Positions 46,654-56,405 of a stretch of DNA of 64,000 bases are shown here, in pieces (the stretch's first letter is position 1; the number at the start of each line of letters is the position of its first letter). The stretch is from Aggregatilineales bacterium. Its GTDB lineage: Bacteria; Chloroflexota; Anaerolineae; Aggregatilineales; Ch27. The notes under the pieces are model-generated. The model did not search any database. It had not been told where the DNA came from and saw only the letters and a program-made list of their open reading frames with translations. The DNA lies in NCBI GenBank assembly GCA_029976025.1, contig JARKNX010000036.1:70353-134352 (forward strand), in the 5' to 3' direction. The translations under genes and the position numbers were made by a program.

Positions 46654-46804
46654 CTATAGGAACGACCCGGCCCCGGCCGGCGCGTTGAAGTCACCATCTA
46701 TAAGCGCAGGTTTTCGTTCGGGACAAGGAGGTGCTACTGCAGAATCAACTGTCTGCCTGATTTATTCGTATCGTTCGCGGCTAAAAATAAAGGAGCCAAC
46801 AGTG

Positions 46805-48088
46805 ATGAAGAAGAGTCGGTTTTTCATCTTCATGATGATCATGGCGCTCTTGATCAGCGCTATAGGGAGCGGCCTGGCCGCTGCCCAGGGCGGTGAGACT
46901 GTCACATTGGAGATCTGGCAGCATGAGAGCGGCGGCAAGATTCAGGCGATTGCCCGCGTAATTGAAGGCTTCCAGGAACTGTATCCTAATGTCGAGGTTA
47001 TTCAATCCAGCTTCCCCTATGAAGAGTACCAGACCAAGATTGCCGCAGCCGTGCCAGCCGGCACAGGCCCGGATGTCGTCATGATCTACTTCGGCTGGGC
47101 TCCTTTCTGGATGCAGTCCGGTTTTATCGCTCCGCTGCCTGAAGTCGTCCAGACTGAGCTTGAGAATGAGTTCGCGCCATTTGTTCAGGCCACATTCCTG
47201 CAAGGCAATCACTACTCAGTCCCGACTTCAATCCGTAACTTCGCCCTGGTCTATAACGTCGATTATCTGGCGGAATCGGGCTGGGACGAGCCACCGGCGA
47301 CCTGGGATGAGTTCGTCCAGGCTGCGAAAGACTGCACTCAGTACGACGACAACGGCAACATTACGCGGGCGGGCTACTACCTGGAATGGGGTAGCGACGG
47401 TTGGAACTGGTGGCGCCCGTTGATGCAGGCCTTTGGCGGACAGGCCTTCAGCGACGACAACAGGACCACGCTCTGGGACCAGGGCGGCGCTGTCGATGCC
47501 TGGAACTACATGCTGGACTTCCCGCTCGTCCACCACACCTCAGTCGAGGGGTTCTATGAGGGCGAGCTTGAGGCCTTTGCCGCCGGGCTGAGCTGCATGA
47601 CTCCGCAGCTCACCTTTGGCATTGGCTTCCTGCGGGACAATGCGGCCCCCGATGTGAACTGGGCTGTGGCTGTGATGCCCGAAGGCCCGGCCGGTCGCTT
47701 CACCACCGGATCATCCTGGCCGATGGCGCTGACCACCAAGGGGACTCAGGACCCGGCCGTCCTCGAAGCGGCTACCAACTTCCTGATGTACATGGCTTCC
47801 GCAGAGGGTCAGGAAATCTATGCCGACGTGACCGGGGAACTCCCCAGCCGCCTCGACATGATCGAGTGGGAGAAGTACGCTGACGATCCGGCCCTGGCGC
47901 CATTTATCGAACAGCTCGAGCAGACCGATGGCGCATTCTGGGCGGATGAGCTGGCCGAGCGGCAGTGTGCGCTTGACATGTGGGATGCCGTGGTAGTCGG
48001 CGATATGGATCGTATCGAGGCGCTGGAGATGGGCACCGCCTGCGATCAGGCTATCCGCGATGCCTTTTTCGCCAACTGGGAAGAATAA
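46805..48088 (+). CDS. Sugar ABC transporter substrate-binding protein
   Basis: The start was set at ATG 46805 behind AAAGGAG. There is a signal peptide (FFIFMMIMALLISAIGSGLAAAQG) and a family-1 SBP body. Confidence 0.9.
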   Translation: MKKSRFFIFMMIMALLISAIGSGLAAAQGGETVTLEIWQHESGGKIQAIARVIEGFQELYPNVEVIQSSFPYEEYQTKIAAAVPAGTGPDVVMIYFGWAPFWMQSGFIAPLPEVVQTELENEFAPFVQATFLQGNHYSVPTSIRNFALVYNVDYLAESGWDEPPATWDEFVQAAKDCTQYDDNGNITRAGYYLEWGSDGWNWWRPLMQAFGGQAFSDDNRTTLWDQGGAVDAWNYMLDFPLVHHTSVEGFYEGELEAFAAGLSCMTPQLTFGIGFLRDNAAPDVNWAVAVMPEGPAGRFTTGSSWPMALTTKGTQDPAVLEAATNFLMYMASAEGQEIYADVTGELPSRLDMIEWEKYADDPALAPFIEQLEQTDGAFWADELAERQCALDMWDAVVVGDMDRIEALEMGTACDQAIRDAFFANWEE

Positions 48089-48314
48089 CCCCGCCTGACT
48101 GAATCTGGCTGCTCCGGCAGGAGGGTCTGAAAAGACTCCCCTGCCGGACTACTGTAGCTGTACAGCCGGGGTGCGATGCATGCCTCACGGATCGCACGTC
48201 ACAGGTCGATATCCGCGCCGGGCCTCACGGGATGATTCGGCTGAAAATCCAGAGGCATATCTCCGTCTTAAGAAAAGAAACTGCGGTTTATACTCGGGAA
48301 CTGCGGGGGAAACC

Positions 48315-49250
48315 ATGGCAACGACTGTAACCCCACCAAAGAAGCGCCAGTTCTTCAGTTTCAGGCTATCTCTTGCACAGAAACGCATGGTATGGGCCTA
48401 CATCTTTGTCGCTATACCCCTGGCGTATTTCCTGCTGGTTAATTTCTCAGCAATGTTTTCGTCTTTCCTGTTCAGCTTCGAGGACTATGTGACAATCCGG
48501 GCGAGTCGCACCTTCATCGGCCTGGAAAATTACCAGCGCGTTTTCGAAATGAAGCCTTTCCTGGACGCGCTACGCAATACCTTCGTGCTGGCTGCTGTGC
48601 GCGTGCCCCTTCTGACTGTATTGTCGCTGGGCGTCGCCCTGATGCTGCACAACATCCGCCGGGCGAAAGGCGCCTTCCGGATGCTCTACTTCATCCCCTT
48701 TGTGACATCGGGGGTCGCGATTGCCTGGGTTTTCAAGTTCATGTTCCTGCCCAACTTCGGGTTGTTCACCCATCTTTTTGATCTGCTGGGGATGAAGCGG
48801 GTGTTCTTCCTGGGCGATCCCAAAACGGCGCTGGGCAGTATCATCAGCGTCACCATCTGGGCCGGGCTGGGCTATTACGCCCTGATCTTCCTGGCCGGGC
48901 TGGAAGAAATTCCGCAGGTATTCTACGAAGCCGCGCGTGTGGACGGCGCCAATTCATGGCAGTGCTTCCGGCACATTACCATCCCGCTGTTGAATCGCAC
49001 GCTTGTGCTCGTCATCCTGCTGGCCATGATTTCATCGCTCCAGAGCTTCACATTTGTGCGAATGATGAGCAAGGATGGTTTTGGGGGGCCGCTGAACTCT
49101 ACCATCACCATGCCGCTTCTCATTTACAAAGAAGCATTCTTCTCCATGCAAATGGGTCGGGCGTCCGCAATTGCCGTCATCTTCTTCATCATCGTTCTCA
49201 TCATTACTGTCATCCAACGTAAGCTGGTCTCCAGGGAGGTGGATTACTGA
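48315..49250 (+). CDS. Sugar ABC transporter permease (MalF-like)
   Basis: The start was set at ATG 48315. The EAA loop is PQVFYEAARVDGANSWQCFRHITIPLL. Confidence 0.9.
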   Translation: MATTVTPPKKRQFFSFRLSLAQKRMVWAYIFVAIPLAYFLLVNFSAMFSSFLFSFEDYVTIRASRTFIGLENYQRVFEMKPFLDALRNTFVLAAVRVPLLTVLSLGVALMLHNIRRAKGAFRMLYFIPFVTSGVAIAWVFKFMFLPNFGLFTHLFDLLGMKRVFFLGDPKTALGSIISVTIWAGLGYYALIFLAGLEEIPQVFYEAARVDGANSWQCFRHITIPLLNRTLVLVILLAMISSLQSFTFVRMMSKDGFGGPLNSTITMPLLIYKEAFFSMQMGRASAIAVIFFIIVLIITVIQRKLVSREVDY

Positions 49251-50095
49251 TGAGGAATGAAGCGCGGGCGGTCCAACCCGGGGCCGTTTTCAGGCAGGGG
49301 TTGCAGTATTTGCTGCTGGGGTTCGGCGGCCTCATCATGCTGTTCCCCTACCTGTGGATGATCTCCACGTCTCTCAAGGCTCGTGGCACCTGGTACAACA
49401 TAAGCCTGTTGCCGGACCCGTTGAGTCTGGAGCACTACGAGCTGCTGCTCAGCACCAGCCTGCTGCCGCGGTGGTACCTGAACACGCTGATTATCGCCAT
49501 AACCGCCACGGCGAGTGTCGCGTTTTTCTCCGCCCTGACCGGTTTTGTATTCGCCAAGTATCGCTTCCCCGGACGCGAGATTCTGTTTGTGGCGATCCTG
49601 TCAACCATCATGATCCCGACGGAGATGTTGATCATTCCCTGGTACGTGGGCATCGCCCAGCTTGGCTGGATCGATTCCTTTCAGGGGATTCTGATGCCGG
49701 GCATGCTTACCGCTTTTGGCATTTTCGTGATGCGCCAGTTCATGGCCAACATCCCGAACGAACTGCTGGACGCCGGTCGTATTGATGGCGTATCGGAGTT
49801 CGGGCTGTTCTGGCGTATCTGCCTGCCGCTGGCCAAGCCGGCCCTGGCCGTGGTGATCATCTTCACGTTTCTGGGGCAGTGGAATGATTTTCTCTGGCCT
49901 CTTATCGTGGTGAATTCCGACAATATGCAGACGCTGCAGGTGGGGCTGTCGCGTATGTCTTCGCTGGAGACAGGCGCTGACTGGGGCGGCACGATGTCCG
50001 GCGCGGCTCTGGCCAGCATCCCGATGCTGATCATCTTCCTGTTCTTCCAGCGCCAGATTGTCCAGGGGTTGACCCTGACCGGCCTCAAGGGCTGA
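49250..50095 (+). CDS. Sugar ABC transporter permease (MalG-like)
   Basis: The TGATG start overlaps the upstream stop. The EAA loop is NELLDAGRIDGVSEFGLFWRICLPLAKPA. Confidence 0.9.
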   Translation: MRNEARAVQPGAVFRQGLQYLLLGFGGLIMLFPYLWMISTSLKARGTWYNISLLPDPLSLEHYELLLSTSLLPRWYLNTLIIAITATASVAFFSALTGFVFAKYRFPGREILFVAILSTIMIPTEMLIIPWYVGIAQLGWIDSFQGILMPGMLTAFGIFVMRQFMANIPNELLDAGRIDGVSEFGLFWRICLPLAKPALAVVIIFTFLGQWNDFLWPLIVVNSDNMQTLQVGLSRMSSLETGADWGGTMSGAALASIPMLIIFLFFQRQIVQGLTLTGLKG

Positions 50096-50134
50096 GATCG
50101 ACCGTTTATCGCTCATAAAACAGGAGGAGCAGGC

Positions 50135-51226
50135 ATGAAGAATAACATGTGGTTTGACTTTGTGCGGGTTGATCCCACGCGCCATACCCGGCGGGCGTCG
50201 AGCTGGGACCCGACCGGAGGCAACCGCGACCGGCTGTCCATCATCCGGGGCGAGACGGTCACCTTGCTGGATGTGGAGGGGCCGGGCTGCATCACACATA
50301 TCTGGTTCACCTGCCATAGCATTGAGGCGTTTTACCTGCGCAAGCTGGTCCTGCGGATATACTGGGATGGCGAAAGCGAGCCCAGCATCCTGGTCCCGGT
50401 GGGCGATTTCTTCGGCGTCGGCCATGCGACCACCACAAATTACAGCTCCCTCCCGATGGTCATGGCTCCCCGGGACGGCACGGGGCTAAACTGCTACCTG
50501 CCGATGCCCTTCAGCAAAGGGGCGCGCATCGAGGTCACCAATGAGAACTTCGCCAGTGAAACGCGCCTGTATTACAACATTGATTACGAAGTCTGGGACG
50601 ACCCCCGCGAAGACCTGGGGCGATTACACGCGTGCTGGCGCCGGGAAAACCCGACCGACGGCATCGTTGAGCCGCCTGAAATGGATGATCACTACTTCCA
50701 GCACGGCGGCACCAACCTGAGCGACGCCGGAAACTACCTGATCCTGGAGGCGGAGGGTCAGGGGCAGTTTATAGGCTGCAACCTCAATATCCACCCGCTG
50801 CGCTATAGCAAGGCTGAACTCTACAACTGGTACGGCGAAGGGGATGAGATGATCTTCGTTGACGATGACAACGAAGGGCAGCGCTGGCCCCCCACCTTAC
50901 ACGGCACCGGGACGGAAGACTATTTCAATACCGCCTGGGGGACAGACGAGAAATTCGATTCGCCGTTCTTCGGGCTGACTCTGCCAGGGCAGTATAACTG
51001 GACCGGTTTTATTTCCTGGTATCGCTGGCATCTTCTCGATCCGGTGCGTTTCAACCGGTCAATCCGGGTTTCGATTGAACACGGCCATGCCAACCGCCGC
51101 AGCGATGACTTCTCCAGCACCGCTTACTGGTATCAGCTTGAGCCGCACAAGCCCTTTGATATCCTGCCTGTGGAACAACGCCTGCCACGCGCCGACTTCC
51201 CACCCCTGGAGGCACCAGAATCGTGA
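50135..51226 (+). CDS. DUF2961 / glycoside hydrolase family 172 protein (copy 1)
   Basis: RRASSWDPTGGNRDRL, GPGCITHIWFT, LRIYWDGE..PSILVPVGDFFG, NCYLPMPF and GTGTEDYFNTAWG are DUF2961 signatures. Confidence 0.85.
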   Translation: MKNNMWFDFVRVDPTRHTRRASSWDPTGGNRDRLSIIRGETVTLLDVEGPGCITHIWFTCHSIEAFYLRKLVLRIYWDGESEPSILVPVGDFFGVGHATTTNYSSLPMVMAPRDGTGLNCYLPMPFSKGARIEVTNENFASETRLYYNIDYEVWDDPREDLGRLHACWRRENPTDGIVEPPEMDDHYFQHGGTNLSDAGNYLILEAEGQGQFIGCNLNIHPLRYSKAELYNWYGEGDEMIFVDDDNEGQRWPPTLHGTGTEDYFNTAWGTDEKFDSPFFGLTLPGQYNWTGFISWYRWHLLDPVRFNRSIRVSIEHGHANRRSDDFSSTAYWYQLEPHKPFDILPVEQRLPRADFPPLEAPES

Positions 51227-52299
51227 TGAATGATTTTGCGTGGTTTGACTTTGTGCGCATCCAGGACCGCCGACACACGCAGCGATCGTCGAGCTGGGAC
51301 TCGACCGGGGGCAACCGCGACCGTCTGAATATCGCCGAGGGCGAATCCTACACACTGCTGGAGGTGGACGGGCCGGGCTGTATCACGCATATCTGGTTCA
51401 CCTGTCACAGCATCTACCCGCTTTTTCTCCGCACCCTGTTACTCAGAATCTACTGGGATGGGGAAGAATCGCCCAGCGTGATCGCCCCGGTCGGAGATTT
51501 CTTCGGGGTCGGCCATGCCACCGCCGTCACCTACAGCGCCCTGCCGATGGTGATGGCTCCGCGCGATGGACTCGGGTTGAACTGCTACCTGCCAATGCCT
51601 TTCAGCAAAGGGGCGCGCATCGTTGTCAGTAACGAATTCGGCAGCGATGTGCGTCTGTACTACAACATCGACTATGAACGCTGGGACGCTCCGCAGGACT
51701 CTCTGGGCCGATTACACGCGTGTTGGCGGCGGGAGAACCCCACCGTGGGCATTCAGGAACCGGCCGAAATGGCAGATGCCACTTACCGATCGGCCGGGAC
51801 GAATACCTCCGACGCCGGGAATTACCTCCTGCTGGAGGCCGAGGGGCAGGGCCAGTATATCGGTTGTAACCTGAACATCCACACCCTCAGGCGCGGGAAG
51901 TCCGCCAGCAACTGGTACGGCGAGGGTGATGAGATGATCTTCATCGACGACGATGTCGGGCGCTGGCCGCCGACACTTCACGGCACGGGCACTGAGGACT
52001 ACTTTAATACCGCCTGGGCGCCCCAGCAGAAATTCTCCTCTCCGTTCTTCGGGCTGACGCTCACCGGCGGAGCTGACTGGTCGGGTTTCTACTCGTGGTA
52101 CCGCTGGCATCTGCTCGATCCGGTGCGTTTCAGCTCATCAATCCGGGTCACCATCGAGCACGGTCACGCTAACCGGCGGAGCGACGATTTTTCCAGCACC
52201 GCTTACTGGTATCAGCTTGAGCCGCATCGGCCATTCGGGATACTCCCGGTTGAAGCGCGCTTTCCTCGCGCCGATTTCCCGGAGCTTCCGGCAAAGTAA
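51226..52299 (+). CDS. DUF2961 / glycoside hydrolase family 172 protein (copy 2, tandem paralog)
   Basis: ATG at 51226 overlaps the copy-1 TGA. The same motif set is present (QRSSSWDSTGGNRDRL, GPGCITHIWFT, GTGTEDYFNTAWA), with long identical stretches shared with copy 1 at both protein and DNA level. Confidence 0.85.
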   Translation: MNDFAWFDFVRIQDRRHTQRSSSWDSTGGNRDRLNIAEGESYTLLEVDGPGCITHIWFTCHSIYPLFLRTLLLRIYWDGEESPSVIAPVGDFFGVGHATAVTYSALPMVMAPRDGLGLNCYLPMPFSKGARIVVSNEFGSDVRLYYNIDYERWDAPQDSLGRLHACWRRENPTVGIQEPAEMADATYRSAGTNTSDAGNYLLLEAEGQGQYIGCNLNIHTLRRGKSASNWYGEGDEMIFIDDDVGRWPPTLHGTGTEDYFNTAWAPQQKFSSPFFGLTLTGGADWSGFYSWYRWHLLDPVRFSSSIRVTIEHGHANRRSDDFSSTAYWYQLEPHRPFGILPVEARFPRADFPELPAK

Positions 52300-52311
52300 G
52301 GTACTTAGACA

Positions 52312-53538
52312 ATGTCTACCCCCGCTGAAAATCAACGAAAAAGCATCGACACAATCAATGCCCTGGTGCCGGAGAAGGTTGAACAGGCCCTCGGCATCCT
52401 GGATGAAGTCGGCGTCGATATGTGGATCACCTTTGCCGACAAAAAAGGGCCGGGCCAGGGCGACCCGATACACGAGATCATTTTCGGGGAACGGGACCTG
52501 GGCGGCGGCATTCTGATTCTCACCAGGCGCGGCGAGCGAATCGCGCTGGTCAGCGGCCTGGATGTCGCCATCCCGCCCATGACCGGCGTATGGGATCAGG
52601 TCGTGGCATGCCACAGGGACGAGCGGCAGAAGCTGGTGGAGACAATCGAACGTCTGAAGCCGCAGACTATCGCCCTGAACTATTCCACCCGATTCCCCAA
52701 GGCGGACGGCCTCTCGCACGGCAAGTATCTCTGGCTCGCCGAAACCCTGCAGGGCACACCCTACGCCGGGCGGCTGTGCAGCGCCGAAGATATCATCGTA
52801 CGGTTGCGAGGGCGCAAGTCGCCGGGGGAAGTCGCCGGAATCAAGGCCGCCATCGCCAGGACAGATGAAATCTTTCAGGCAGTGCGGCCATATGTTCGCG
52901 CGGGGCGCACCGGGCGCGAACTTTACAACTTCATGCTGGCCGAGGTTGACCGCCAGGGGCTGGCAACATCCTGGAGCCGTGATTACTGCCCGATTGTCAC
53001 GGTTGGCCCGGTGGCACCTATCGGCCATACCCCGCCCAATGACGCCGCCCTGCAGCCTGGCTGGACGCTGCAGATCGACTTTGGTGTCCAGTATATGGGG
53101 TTCTGTGGGGACTTCCAGCGGATGTGGTATTTGCTGGAGGATGGTGAGACGGCCCCGCCGGTAGATGTTCAGCACCTTTTCGAGACGGTCAGGCGCGGCG
53201 TGGACGCAATCATCGAGACTCTTGGGCCGGGGGTGCCGACGTGGAAGCCGGCGGAAGCGGCGCTCGAAGTGCTCACCGGGGCCGGCTACCCTCCCTTCCA
53301 GTATGGTGTTGGTCACGCGCTGGGGCGGTCCGTTCACGACGGCACGCCGGGTCTGGGACGCCGGCAGCCCGATTCTCCCGAGTGGCTGATGGAACCCGGC
53401 AACGTGTTCACCGCTGAGGGGCTGGAGACGCTGGTCGAAGGACGCGGCTGGGTCAGCCTTGAGGACGATGTGCTGATCACAGACTCCGACCGTGTGGTGC
53501 TCACGCCGCAGCAGCGGGAATTCTGGCTTGTGTCGTAG
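52312..53538 (+). CDS. M24-family metallopeptidase-like protein (Xaa-Pro peptidase/creatinase fold)
   Basis: The C-terminal pita-bread motifs are LQIDFGVQYMGFCGDFQRMW, GVGHALGRSVHDG, VFTAEG and SLEDDVLIT. Confidence 0.8.
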   Translation: MSTPAENQRKSIDTINALVPEKVEQALGILDEVGVDMWITFADKKGPGQGDPIHEIIFGERDLGGGILILTRRGERIALVSGLDVAIPPMTGVWDQVVACHRDERQKLVETIERLKPQTIALNYSTRFPKADGLSHGKYLWLAETLQGTPYAGRLCSAEDIIVRLRGRKSPGEVAGIKAAIARTDEIFQAVRPYVRAGRTGRELYNFMLAEVDRQGLATSWSRDYCPIVTVGPVAPIGHTPPNDAALQPGWTLQIDFGVQYMGFCGDFQRMWYLLEDGETAPPVDVQHLFETVRRGVDAIIETLGPGVPTWKPAEAALEVLTGAGYPPFQYGVGHALGRSVHDGTPGLGRRQPDSPEWLMEPGNVFTAEGLETLVEGRGWVSLEDDVLITDSDRVVLTPQQREFWLVS

Positions 53539-53754
53539 ACAGGGGCGCAGGAGTAGGATGCCAGCGCTATCCGGCGGACAGATACGCGGAGGCTGAGCCT
53601 CACGGCATTGTGGGGAGGCCTGCTGGCGGGTGCGGAGAGCTATGCTCCGCGGCCAGGAGATCGGGGGCGCGGCTTCTGCGCCACAAAAAGCAACATCTGC
53701 CGCTCCCGGGAAGGCCTCCCCATGATACCCGGCAGCGGCTTCTTCATCTCCCGC

Positions 53755-54738
53755 CTATCTGAAAAGAGGCATCAGGTAGCGGATGTATTCATCGAGACAG
53801 GTGGGATCGCCGTCCAGAGGCAGGAGAATGACGGCATCCGCCCCGGCTTCGCCCAGGCGCTGAATAAAAGCCGCCGCCTGTTCCGGCGTGCCGGAAGCGG
53901 TGAGTTCATCAAGCCAGGCGTCTGGCATGTGATTCACCATGTCCGCGCCATACTTCTGATGTAAGGCATGGGCTTCCTCAAAGATCCCCAGCGCTTTGAG
54001 GTGCACATCAACCCACGGGAAGCGGCTGGCAAGGAGCTGGCGCACGACCCGGCGTGCTGCCACGCCATCCGGGCTGACTTTGGTATGGGCGTATACGACC
54101 ACCCGATTGGGCCTGAGGTCTGCCGTGCGCTCCTGCACGCCGGCTTCGATATGTTCTTTGGCCGATCGCACATAAGCGGGGGAGGACATCTCGGTCAGGA
54201 TTGTGCCATCGGCTATGCGCCCGGCCAGCCGGAATGTCTTCTCGCGCATCGCCCCGATGTACAGCGGAGGCTGCTGCGCCGGGTAAAGCTCCATCTGTAC
54301 GTTATCCAGATGCACTCCGTGTTCGTGTACAGTCACGCGATCCCCGCGCAGGAGCGCGCGAACGGTGAGCGCCGTCCGCTCGAGCGTTTTCATTGTGGAT
54401 CGCGGGGCTGCCCCGATCTGCTTCATCCAGACATCCACCCCGTGGCCAAAGCCAGGCAGAAAACGTCCGGGAAAGGCGCAGGCGAGCGTGGTGATTTCCA
54501 TCGCGGCGAACAGGGGGTTGTAGGCTGTGGCGGGCAGCAAACCGATCCCGACCTTGAGTTGTTCCGTTGCTGCCAACGCCATCCCCGCTGAGGTGAACGC
54601 GCCCGGCAGGAAACAGTCATCCCACAGCCAGAGCTCGCCGAACCCGGCCGCCTCTGCGCGACGCGCATAATCCATCAGAGTTTCGGGGGGGAGGCGGGGG
54701 TGAAAAATAACACCGAGCGCGGGCATCCGTGTGGACAT
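53755..54738 (-). CDS. LLM-class (luciferase-like) flavin/F420-dependent oxidoreductase
   Basis: The start was set at ATG 54738 behind AGGAGGG. AEAAGFGELWLWDDCFL, KVGIGLLPATAYNP and PGRFLPGFGHG are typical of bacterial luciferase-like monooxygenases. Confidence 0.8.
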   Translation of the reverse strand: MSTRMPALGVIFHPRLPPETLMDYARRAEAAGFGELWLWDDCFLPGAFTSAGMALAATEQLKVGIGLLPATAYNPLFAAMEITTLACAFPGRFLPGFGHGVDVWMKQIGAAPRSTMKTLERTALTVRALLRGDRVTVHEHGVHLDNVQMELYPAQQPPLYIGAMREKTFRLAGRIADGTILTEMSSPAYVRSAKEHIEAGVQERTADLRPNRVVVYAHTKVSPDGVAARRVVRQLLASRFPWVDVHLKALGIFEEAHALHQKYGADMVNHMPDAWLDELTASGTPEQAAAFIQRLGEAGADAVILLPLDGDPTCLDEYIRYLMPLFR

Positions 54739-54861
54739 TGGTCGATCCCTCCTTTTGTCAGGGTCACTGACAATACTATTACATAACCAGGTCATATTAT
54801 ACCCGGGGGTATCGTAATGTCCACCGCACCCTCCTCAGGTCCTGCGCCAGTCGAGCGGTCG

Positions 54862-55018
54862 CCACCCTACCGGCTCGCCGCGTTCTGGTTTGACGGGCAT
54901 CGAAAATGTCCGATAGACTATGTATAGAGAGCACGAGGTACGTCTACAAGAAATACAGTAACGAATTCGAGCGGGACGTATCGGTGGGATAGTGAAGAGG
55001 GATGTCGCAGCACTGCGT
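54862..55018 (+). mobile_element. Degenerate 5' fragment of an IS3-family element related to the copy at 3275..4507
   Basis: tttgacgggcatcgaaaatgtccgatagact...ctacaagaaatacagtaacgaattcgagcgggacgta aligns with tttggcggacagcagaaatgtccgatagact...ctacaagagatacagcgacgagttcaaacgggatgtg (the left IR plus the first orfA codons). There is no ORF and no right end. Confidence 0.55.
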
Positions 55019-55088
55019 AGCTAGCGTGTTCTACTTCTGGCTATTTCAGCTCCGCTCAATTTGAGCGGCCTACCGCCCTCTGACATAT

Positions 55089-56375
55089 TTGCTGTCCGCC
55101 GAGTCAAGGCAAGATTGGTCGTTGTTGAAGGGAACGAAAGACGTGGATAATATTTCAGATGCCGAACAAAATGTCACGTCGGGCTCTCTGCCAGTTGAGT
55201 TTATAGAGACAGTGCGACTGCTTCTTGAGCACCTCTACGATTTGCCCTTTCTTCAGCAGCACCCACTGGCCTCACACCCTGTTGTGCGACAACTTGAGAT
55301 TGCGGAAACACCCAGCCAGAATCTGCGGACAGTGCTCATGAGCACGCTCGACACCTTCAGGACTTCGGTTGAGAATGTGGCGAAGCCGCCCAGTCGATAT
55401 TGCAGCCTTGTATACCTGCATTACGTGGATGGCATGACAATTCAGGAGGCCGCTCACCAACTCGGGGTGTCGTTGCGGCAAGCTTATCGCGATTTGTTGC
55501 GCGGTATTGAGAGTATCGCGAGTCTGCTATGGGAGCAACTCAATGCCACACCCCTGGATAGTGTAGTGCCTTACGAATCATCGCTGATGTCGGTTCAGGC
55601 GGAAGTGGCGCGGCTGATTCCCCATACTGCTAAAATCGAACTTGGGGCGTTGCTGTTCTACGCCGGACAAGCAGTTCAACGCCTGGCCACTCAAAAAGGA
55701 ATAGTCCTGAAGATTGATGCCCCTGATAGCCCGGTAACTCTACATACCGATGTTGGCATCGCCCGACAGGCCCTTGTGCGCGTGCTTAGTCAGGTAATTC
55801 AGGCAGTTGATTCGCAGGTTATTACGGTTACTGGCACGCGTGATGGGCAGATTGTACGGGTACAGATTGTTCCTATCTCGCAGCCAGAGCCCGGCGCGGT
55901 TGTGATTTCGGATATGTTTTCGGCTCAGTTGTTGGCCCGACTCGGCTGGGCGATCGAGACGCAGGTGAGATTGGACGGCCGGGCTATGCTAAATATCGTC
56001 ATCCTCACTGATTTACAGGTCTTGCTGGTGATTGACGATAATGAAGGCATGGCGGAACTTCTGGAGCGTTACCTGACTGATACACCTTGTCGGGTTATCG
56101 CGGCAACTAACGCATCTGATGGGTTGCGCCTGGCGCATGAGATCGTACCAAACATCATTATGCTGGATATTATGATGCCTGAAATGGATGGCTGGGGACT
56201 CCTGCAACGACTGCAGAATGATCCGGAGACATCTCAGATTCCGATTATTGTCTGTTCGGTATTCAACGACCCTGAGCTGGCGTTTTCGCTGGGGGCGTCC
56301 TCATTTTTGCCTAAACCCCTTAGCCGCGATCTTCTTCTGGAAGCGCTGCTTCAGGTGCAGCATTCTGACGATTAG
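55089..56375 (+). CDS. Atypical response regulator: sigma-70 region-4-like HTH + degenerate HATPase-like segment + C-terminal receiver
   Basis: The HTH is YLHYVDGMTIQEAAHQLGVSLRQAYRDLLRG. The middle segment has an N-box-like ARQALVRVLSQVIQAV but no DxGxG. The receiver is VLLVIDDNEGMAELL..NIIMLDIMMPEMDGW..PIIVCS..FLPKP. The TTG start is uncertain. Confidence 0.75.
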   Translation: MLSAESRQDWSLLKGTKDVDNISDAEQNVTSGSLPVEFIETVRLLLEHLYDLPFLQQHPLASHPVVRQLEIAETPSQNLRTVLMSTLDTFRTSVENVAKPPSRYCSLVYLHYVDGMTIQEAAHQLGVSLRQAYRDLLRGIESIASLLWEQLNATPLDSVVPYESSLMSVQAEVARLIPHTAKIELGALLFYAGQAVQRLATQKGIVLKIDAPDSPVTLHTDVGIARQALVRVLSQVIQAVDSQVITVTGTRDGQIVRVQIVPISQPEPGAVVISDMFSAQLLARLGWAIETQVRLDGRAMLNIVILTDLQVLLVIDDNEGMAELLERYLTDTPCRVIAATNASDGLRLAHEIVPNIIMLDIMMPEMDGWGLLQRLQNDPETSQIPIIVCSVFNDPELAFSLGASSFLPKPLSRDLLLEALLQVQHSDD

Positions 56376-56405
56376 CGATCTGGTTATCAGGACATTGCAG
56401 GCACA

